This document shows positions 45,950 to 50,842 of a stretch of DNA of 50,842 nt, piece after piece. The translations under genes were made by a program, and so were the position numbers. Numbering within the stretch: position 1 is the stretch's first letter; each line of letters begins with the position of its first letter. The notes under the pieces are model-generated. The model saw only the letters and a list, made by a program, of their open reading frames with translations, was not told where the DNA came from and searched no databases. Source of the DNA: a virus (Duplodnaviria; Caudoviricetes); the IMG/VR virus record IMGVR_UViG_3300043414_001004, positions 1-50,842 of that record; one strand, given 5' to 3'.

Positions 45950-46208
45950 GGCGGCCTCCATTGAACAGGCCCGTGATCCGTGACCAGGCCAGCTTGCGCA
46001 GTGACACGTTGGCCAGCTTGGTTTCAAGCGCCATCACGCTGCGGGCGAGCCCTGCATTGGCCATTGACAAGTTATCCAGCTCCTCTGCTGCGTTCTTGCT
46101 GGCGCGCTCCACGCCCTCAGCAAAGCCGCGTTCGTAAGCGTCTTTGGCCACTTCTTTGAAAGTGCGGCGGGGGCGCGATTGCCTAGTAGTCGTCGTTGTC
46201 ATACTCAT
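45942..46208 (-). CDS. hypothetical coiled-coil protein
   Basis: 88 aa, AYERGFAEG. Confidence 0.5.
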   Translation of the reverse strand: MSMTTTTTRQSRPRRTFKEVAKDAYERGFAEGVERASKNAAEELDNLSMANAGLARSVMALETKLANVSLRKLAWSRITGLFNGGRHE

Positions 46209-46446
46209 TCTCCATGTGGTTAAAAATTTCCCGGCTCAGCCGGTCGTGATCGTTTGGGGTCATTTTGCGCTCAAGCCACGGTGCGGGTCGGCCCCTGCGG
46301 TCGAGGATTTCCCAGTCCCCTTCACCACCCTCTTCAGGGTAGCAGCGCTCCGGCGGACCAGAGCGCTGCGCGGGGACGTAGACCTCCCAGTACTGCACTC
46401 GGATGATGCAGGGAATCCCGCAAACGCGGGACTCAAACTCAGTCAC
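46183..46446 (-). CDS. hypothetical protein
   Basis: GIPCII.V...W.ILDRRGRPAPWLERKMT. Confidence 0.65.
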   Translation of the reverse strand: MTEFESRVCGIPCIIRVQYWEVYVPAQRSGPPERCYPEEGGEGDWEILDRRGRPAPWLERKMTPNDHDRLSREIFNHMENEYDNDDY

Positions 46447-46670
46447 AGCACCACCCCTTTGGCGTCTTGCACAAGCTTGCGGACCTTCTCCAGAATCTGG
46501 TCGTGCTGCTTGAGTTTGAAGTGCACCGCAAGCTCTTCCATAAGCGTGTGGCCAAAGACAATGCCCCGCTCTTGGCAGATTTCGAGGAGGTCTTGGTTGG
46601 AGAGATCGCTCTCTGTGACGTCAATGTCCACGTCCATGCTCACCGTGGTGGAATAAAGGTAGCGGCTCAT
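46443..46670 (-). CDS. hypothetical protein
   Basis: Start MSRYLY after AGGAG. Confidence 0.55.
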   Translation of the reverse strand: MSRYLYSTTVSMDVDIDVTESDLSNQDLLEICQERGIVFGHTLMEELAVHFKLKQHDQILEKVRKLVQDAKGVVL

Positions 46671-46846
46671 GACTGCTCCTTTGTTCCCCACACCTTTTTG
46701 GCGTAGCGCAGCAGGGCGTCCATGACATTGGGCTCGATGGCGACCTGTTTGTTGGTGTGGTGGTTCACAGCCAGCCAAATCTGAAAGCCGTCATAACTGG
46801 CGTAAACACCGTCTCCTAGGTACTCGTCCTGGTGATGCTCGCTCAT
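46667..46846 (-). CDS. hypothetical protein (59 aa)
   Basis: MSEHHQDEYLGDGVYASYDGFQIWL; ATGA-coupled at both ends; not in the ORF track. Confidence 0.6.
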   Translation of the reverse strand: MSEHHQDEYLGDGVYASYDGFQIWLAVNHHTNKQVAIEPNVMDALLRYAKKVWGTKEQS

Positions 46847-47163
46847 GACGCCTCCGACACGTAGGTGATGGCCAGGAGGTTTTGGATCATGGCTTCCAGC
46901 TGGTTGACACGATCGTAGGCTTCGGCGCGCACCTTGGTCTGCTGTGCCTTCAATGTTTCAATCTTGCTGGCGATCAGCTGGTCAGGAGTAAGGATAAGGT
47001 CCACCGCAATGGTGGCTTCGCCTACGTAGGTCCAGCCGCTGTTACGCATGTCACACAGTGAGAACACCATCGAGTCAATGGCTTTCTCTGTGTGCAGGTC
47101 TTCGGGCTTCAAGCAGCTGTGCTCAGGGAGCCAGGCCTTTAAGGTTGCAGTGACGTTGTTCAT
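46843..47163 (-). CDS. hypothetical protein
   Basis: 106 aa, AGAAAGATAGAA RBS, own promoter. Confidence 0.6.
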   Translation of the reverse strand: MNNVTATLKAWLPEHSCLKPEDLHTEKAIDSMVFSLCDMRNSGWTYVGEATIAVDLILTPDQLIASKIETLKAQQTKVRAEAYDRVNQLEAMIQNLLAITYVSEAS

Positions 47164-47198
47164 TTCTATCTTTCTATGTTGTCATGGTTGACAAGTTG

Positions 47199-47229
47199 AT
47201 TTTAACAGGAACCCGGAGGAACCTGTCAA
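47199..47229 (-). promoter_or_regulatory. sigma70 promoter
   Basis: TTGACA-19 bp-TAAAAT with a TG extended -10. Confidence 0.55.
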
Positions 47230-47241
47230 GCACTTTTAAAA

Positions 47242-47589
47242 TTATTTAAAGCCGACCATGATGGAATCAGGGCGCAGCACGTTGACACCCTTTGGCCGCC
47301 ACAGGTGAAGGCAGTAGGGGTGGTTGTTGACGTGGTCTTTTGAAGGGACGTGGAACTGCATGGCCACATCCTCGTCATCCCAGAACATGTCTTTGACCTG
47401 GCACATTTCTTCCCAGGTCGGGCAGCGGTCCTTGCGACTGACACTCACGTGCTCCCAGCCTTCGCCGTCACTTGCGATGACAAAGACCTTCTGAGCATGC
47501 TTGAGCTTCACGATGAAGGCCCCGTTGGTGGCATCGCCCTCTGGATAGCCAGAGAGTTTGACGCGTGCTTTTTCAGGAACGTGGAACAT
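47242..47589 (-). CDS. conserved phage protein (DUF7694-like)
   Basis: GWEHVSVS...RCPTWEEMC.VKD.FW...HP.CLHLWR. Confidence 0.75.
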   Translation of the reverse strand: MFHVPEKARVKLSGYPEGDATNGAFIVKLKHAQKVFVIASDGEGWEHVSVSRKDRCPTWEEMCQVKDMFWDDEDVAMQFHVPSKDHVNNHPYCLHLWRPKGVNVLRPDSIMVGFK

Positions 47590-47600
47590 CAGGCTGTTCC

Positions 47601-48404
47601 TTACTTGACGTGGATGAATGGAGTGGTTTGGCCCGGCATGGTGGTGGGCAGCACGCCATTCCACTTTTTGATGGCTTCCAGTTCAACGTACTCTTTGCCG
47701 CCAGAGGTCGTGATGGCCTGTGCGCGCAGGCGAATTGCATCAGCGTCACCCTGGGCTTCCACGCGCTTGCGGTCAGCCTCTGCCCTGGCCAGCTCCACCT
47801 CTTTTTGCTTGGCCGAAATCTGGAAGTTCCGGTTGGCGCTCTCCTTGATAGAGGCCTCCAGCGCGGGGTCGGTCACCAAGTTACGGACGTTAGCGCTGCG
47901 CACAAAGAACATGCCCTTGCCTGCGCTGTCATCCAGGTCCTTCTGCAGCGACTCGACCACCCTGGCTGCAATGCTCACACGCTCGGTGTGCACGGTCTCG
48001 CTGCCGTACTGGCTGATGGCGTTGTAAATGGCTTCACGTGCTTGGCGAGTGACGTAGCCGTTGCCCAAGCGGACGCCGTCTTCGCCCTTGAGCTCCACAG
48101 CATCGCCAGGCCACTTGGTCATGATCTCAGCAGCCTTGCTGGGGTCGATCTGATAGAAGATGTCCACGTCCAGGTCGGCCAGCGTGATTTTGTCCTTGGT
48201 CTGCGGCTTCATGTCGTTGAGCTCGAGACGCAGCTCCTTGGCCGAGACCTCGGTGACACGCTTGAACATGGTGAAGTACACGCCTGGGGGCATGGTCTCT
48301 TTTTTGACCTGGCCCAGTGTGGACTCCACGCCAATGTTGCCGGTGTCAATCTGGGTGCAAGCGCCAAGGGTTGCAATGAAAGGGAGGAGAAGGAATTTTT
48401 TCAT
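47601..48404 (-). CDS. SPFH/Band-7 (prohibitin-like) lipoprotein
   Basis: Lipobox LGAC; IDTGN.GV...PG.YF; Band-7 core; AEA..K.VEA.G.A.A coiled coil; KWNG.LP end. Confidence 0.85.
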   Translation of the reverse strand: MKKFLLLPFIATLGACTQIDTGNIGVESTLGQVKKETMPPGVYFTMFKRVTEVSAKELRLELNDMKPQTKDKITLADLDVDIFYQIDPSKAAEIMTKWPGDAVELKGEDGVRLGNGYVTRQAREAIYNAISQYGSETVHTERVSIAARVVESLQKDLDDSAGKGMFFVRSANVRNLVTDPALEASIKESANRNFQISAKQKEVELARAEADRKRVEAQGDADAIRLRAQAITTSGGKEYVELEAIKKWNGVLPTTMPGQTTPFIHVK

Positions 48405-48413
48405 GATGGTTTT

Positions 48414-48605
48414 TTAAATGATGGAAGTGGAAGTGAATTGGGTAGCCAGCAGCAATAGGGCCACCAGCACAAGCAGGATTGCAAAAAGGCGGATGCCGTG
48501 GCGCGTGACCTGCTTGAGCACAATGCTGCGCTCGCTGCGGTCAGCGACATGCCACAACCCGTATCCCGCGATGATCAGGATCAGGACCAGGAAGAAGTGT
48601 TTCAC
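48414..48605 (-). CDS. small two-TM membrane protein
   Basis: GTG start; two hydrophobic helices; directly upstream of the SPFH gene. Confidence 0.6.
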   Translation of the reverse strand: MKHFFLVLILIIAGYGLWHVADRSERSIVLKQVTRHGIRLFAILLVLVALLLLATQFTSTSII

Positions 48606-49174
48606 CGCGCATTCCCCTGCAAGCGGTCCGCGACCAGTGTGGCGTAGCCCGCGATGTCTACCCAGCTGTCCACCTTGTCGGGGTTGCCGTTGACGATGCG
48701 TGCGATCTTGTGGACGATCATCTCCAGGGCTTCCCACTGGTCATCCGCAAAGGTCTTGTCGTGCGCACGCGCGTGGTCCGCGAGCAGTCGTTTGATGCCC
48801 TGCATCAGTGCAGCGCCGTCCTTGAACTTGCCGTAGTCCTGGGCCCGATCGTCAAGGGTCTCGTCAACATCGGTCGCTTCACGTGCCAGCTCATCGTCGT
48901 ATCGCAAGAAGCCTCCTTCAATGCCTCCCTTGATAAAGTCTTTGGGGCTCAAGCCCAGCTTGGCTGCAATGGCCAGCTGGTCGGCAGAAACGGTAATCTT
49001 GCGCCCAAGCCCAGGCATTGGCACCATCTCAGGGGGCTGAAACGCCTCATCCAAGGACCGCTTGCGCATCTTGTACGTCAAAGGCATTGAGGCCTCAAAC
49101 TTGGCAGCCACCTTGGCCACCTCGGCGTTGGGGTGCTTGCTAAAATATTCTCTGATCTTGTCTGACTTGGTCAT
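48602..49174 (-). CDS. DUF6378-like protein with N-terminal HTH-like region
   Basis: L..R...YG.F...EALEMI.HKIARI.NG.PD..DSW.DIAGYATLV. Confidence 0.75.
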   Translation of the reverse strand: MTKSDKIREYFSKHPNAEVAKVAAKFEASMPLTYKMRKRSLDEAFQPPEMVPMPGLGRKITVSADQLAIAAKLGLSPKDFIKGGIEGGFLRYDDELAREATDVDETLDDRAQDYGKFKDGAALMQGIKRLLADHARAHDKTFADDQWEALEMIVHKIARIVNGNPDKVDSWVDIAGYATLVADRLQGNAR

Positions 49175-49656
49175 GCTTCTTCCTTCATGGTTTGAACAAT
49201 GGCGCGTGCCTTGCCCTGGGCCAGGACCCGGTGGACAAAGGTGTGCGCTTTCTCGATGTCGTGAACAGTGGCCTGCGCCAGCTGCTCCTCATGCAGGTCC
49301 ATCACCACCTTGAGCAGTTCCCACTCTTTGGCGGTCATGATGAACCTCATGCCCCGTGCGACGCCTCTGCGGGAAAGCTCCAGCAGTGCGTCTTGTCCTT
49401 GTCTGATCTCTTCCATCCAGTCGCGGCCCATGCCGCTCATGGCCAAGGCTTCAGTGATGTTGAAAGCTCCGATCAGCATATCGATGTCTTCTTTGGCGGC
49501 CAGGCCCTTGCGAACCTGCTCCAGTGCGGTGCGGTTCTTCAGCTGCGCGTCAAGATAGATGCCCGGCAGTTCTCGCACAGGCTTGAATCCGGAGAGAACG
49601 TAATCCATTGGGCTTTGGAGAATGGGCTTGGGCCGGTACTTGCTGCGCTTTCTCAT
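49171..49656 (-). CDS. conserved hypothetical protein
   Basis: MRKRSKYRPK...LHEEQL. Confidence 0.65.
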   Translation of the reverse strand: MRKRSKYRPKPILQSPMDYVLSGFKPVRELPGIYLDAQLKNRTALEQVRKGLAAKEDIDMLIGAFNITEALAMSGMGRDWMEEIRQGQDALLELSRRGVARGMRFIMTAKEWELLKVVMDLHEEQLAQATVHDIEKAHTFVHRVLAQGKARAIVQTMKEEA

Positions 49657-49907
49657 GTGTTGAGCCCCACGATGACGCCAACAACCGCAACTGCCACGAG
49701 AGCCGCGTAGCCCCACGTTCCAGCCGTGATCCGTGGTTTTCCGTCCGCGAGAAGAGCGCTTTGAACAAGCTCTTCGCTGTGGGTGAGGGGCCTGGGCCGT
49801 GGCTCGCAAGACACGCCCATGAGAACTTTGCCCGTGTTGAAATACTTCCCTGTGTAGGCAAGTTCTTTGTAGACCTCATCGGCCCGGGTGGTTTGCAATT
49901 CAATCAT
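49653..49907 (-). CDS. hypothetical protein with C-terminal TM helix
   Basis: YFNTGKVLMG; hydrophobic C-terminus. Confidence 0.55.
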   Translation of the reverse strand: MIELQTTRADEVYKELAYTGKYFNTGKVLMGVSCEPRPRPLTHSEELVQSALLADGKPRITAGTWGYAALVAVAVVGVIVGLNT

Positions 49908-50118
49908 TTTGCTCTTTCTTCTTTCTGTTGAGACGCTCCGATCTTAGCATACTCAATTCACTTGTCAACAACTCTACTTTTCTTTCTGCTTTTAACCACG
50001 CATCGCGCCACTGTCGCTGGTCTTCAATGCGCACTGCTGCTTCTTCTAACAGTGCCATCACATGTCTTGAGCAGTCAGCTTTCTCGGCTAGATAACGCAG
50101 CCTCTCCGTTAGTTTCAT
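49900..50118 (-). CDS. hypothetical protein
   Basis: LTERLR...LLEEAA.RIE. Confidence 0.55.
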   Translation of the reverse strand: MKLTERLRYLAEKADCSRHVMALLEEAAVRIEDQRQWRDAWLKAERKVELLTSELSMLRSERLNRKKKEQND

Positions 50119-50545
50119 GTTTACTCCATGGGTGTTTTAAATAGTCTTCACGAAGCAGCCCATACAGCGTCAAGTCTCCACCGTCGGGGAAGGCCTTGCG
50201 CATGCGCCCTTCGTACTGAAAGCCCAGGCGCGTTACAAAGCGCTGGGCCCTGAGGTTTTCGGCACGGATAAGTCCCGTGACGCGTGGCACTTCAAGCACC
50301 ATAAATGGCAGCTCGAACGATGCGCGAAAGTAACTGCGAGAGACCCAGTTACTCTTTGGCCGTGCCGCTATGTGCATGTCGATATTGGTTCCCGTGTAGG
50401 CGGAGAATACTGTGACTGCCACAAATTTCCCTGCGTCATCCACCAGGCTTACCGTCGTGACATCGCCTGTCACGCCATCAAGGCCAATGACTTTCTTCGC
50501 CCAGGCAACAGCCTCATTGTTGCGTTCAAACCTCAGGATTTTCAT
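50075..50545 (-). CDS. GNAT (RimJ/RimL-like) acetyltransferase-fold protein
   Basis: RVTGLI...N..A.RF..RLGF.YEG.MR...D...YGLLR. Confidence 0.75.
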   Translation of the reverse strand: MKILRFERNNEAVAWAKKVIGLDGVTGDVTTVSLVDDAGKFVAVTVFSAYTGTNIDMHIAARPKSNWVSRSYFRASFELPFMVLEVPRVTGLIRAENLRAQRFVTRLGFQYEGRMRKAFPDGGDLTLYGLLREDYLKHPWSKHETNGEAALSSRES

Positions 50546-50768
50546 CGTAGTAAGCCTCAATGATCTGGTCTTCCCACAGCATGACCTGGTCTTCGCTGAA
50601 GGTCTTGAGGATATCTACCTGGCGAGGCTTACCCCCAGGTCCGACGATAGTAAGAAGCGCTTTGGTGATGTCGATCTGAGCAGGCAATTCCACACCTTCC
50701 ACCTCCATAATAGGCAGCACCTCAAAAGTGAGTTCGACGGGGAACGTCATCTGTGTTTGGTGTTTCAT
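50526..50768 (-). CDS. hypothetical protein
   Basis: 80 aa from MKHQTQ. Confidence 0.5.
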   Translation of the reverse strand: MKHQTQMTFPVELTFEVLPIMEVEGVELPAQIDITKALLTIVGPGGKPRQVDILKTFSEDQVMLWEDQIIEAYYDENPEV

Positions 50769-50842
50769 TTTTTGCTTTCTTCCTGTTTGCATCAATGCGT
50801 TGCAGTGTCATGGATTCTTCGTAAGCGTGATCAAACGCTGGA

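Noticed and set aside
47574-47588. Second parS-like sequence (TGTTCCACGT on the minus strand)
   Set aside because: Only a half site; explained by the MFHV start of the CDS.
73-50563. Many plus-strand ORFs, some over 300 aa (e.g. 3813..4883, 24640..25638, 26610..27845, 30561..31676)
   Set aside because: Antisense shadows of well-supported minus-strand genes, with no RBS or recognisable motifs.
1-50842. Integrase, repressor, tRNA, intron/intein or stop-codon recoding
   Set aside because: None recognised by eye; core genes are uninterrupted and end on standard stops. tRNAscan and HMM searches were not run.

Overview
The window is most of a tailed dsDNA phage genome, about 55-60% GC, with every credible gene on the minus strand. 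It looks like a podovirus with P22/HTVC010P-like morphogenesis. A betaproteobacterial host is an inference from the GAAAG-type RBSs and a parS-like site. In transcription order (right to left) it holds: small middle/early genes (GNAT, DUF6378-like, SPFH lipoprotein, glutaredoxin); an AT-rich inverted-repeat region that may be the origin; TerS and a PD-(D/E)xK nuclease; a 4.5-kb block of small genes, each with its own sigma70 promoter and extremely rich in CCWGG; a probable packaging/terminus site (two 7-bp-period arrays around a GATTATC core, next to a near-perfect parS); TerL; a 1429-aa repeat protein; portal; GroES; scaffold; capsid; adaptors; two paralogous tail-fibre modules; lysis genes; tail nozzle; and large ejection proteins running off the left edge. 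No integrase, tRNA, CRISPR array or reverse transcriptase was seen. The best lead is a shared [MFYL]-[AK]-x-G-G motif in six otherwise unrelated putative virion-internal or cargo proteins, which may be a loading or processing signal. Other strong leads are the parS site, the CCWGG-saturated early block, two structured 5' leaders that could hide the RBS, and a CCC-motif cassette behind the capsid gene. Family assignments come from motif recognition and recall, not database searches. Counts are by hand.
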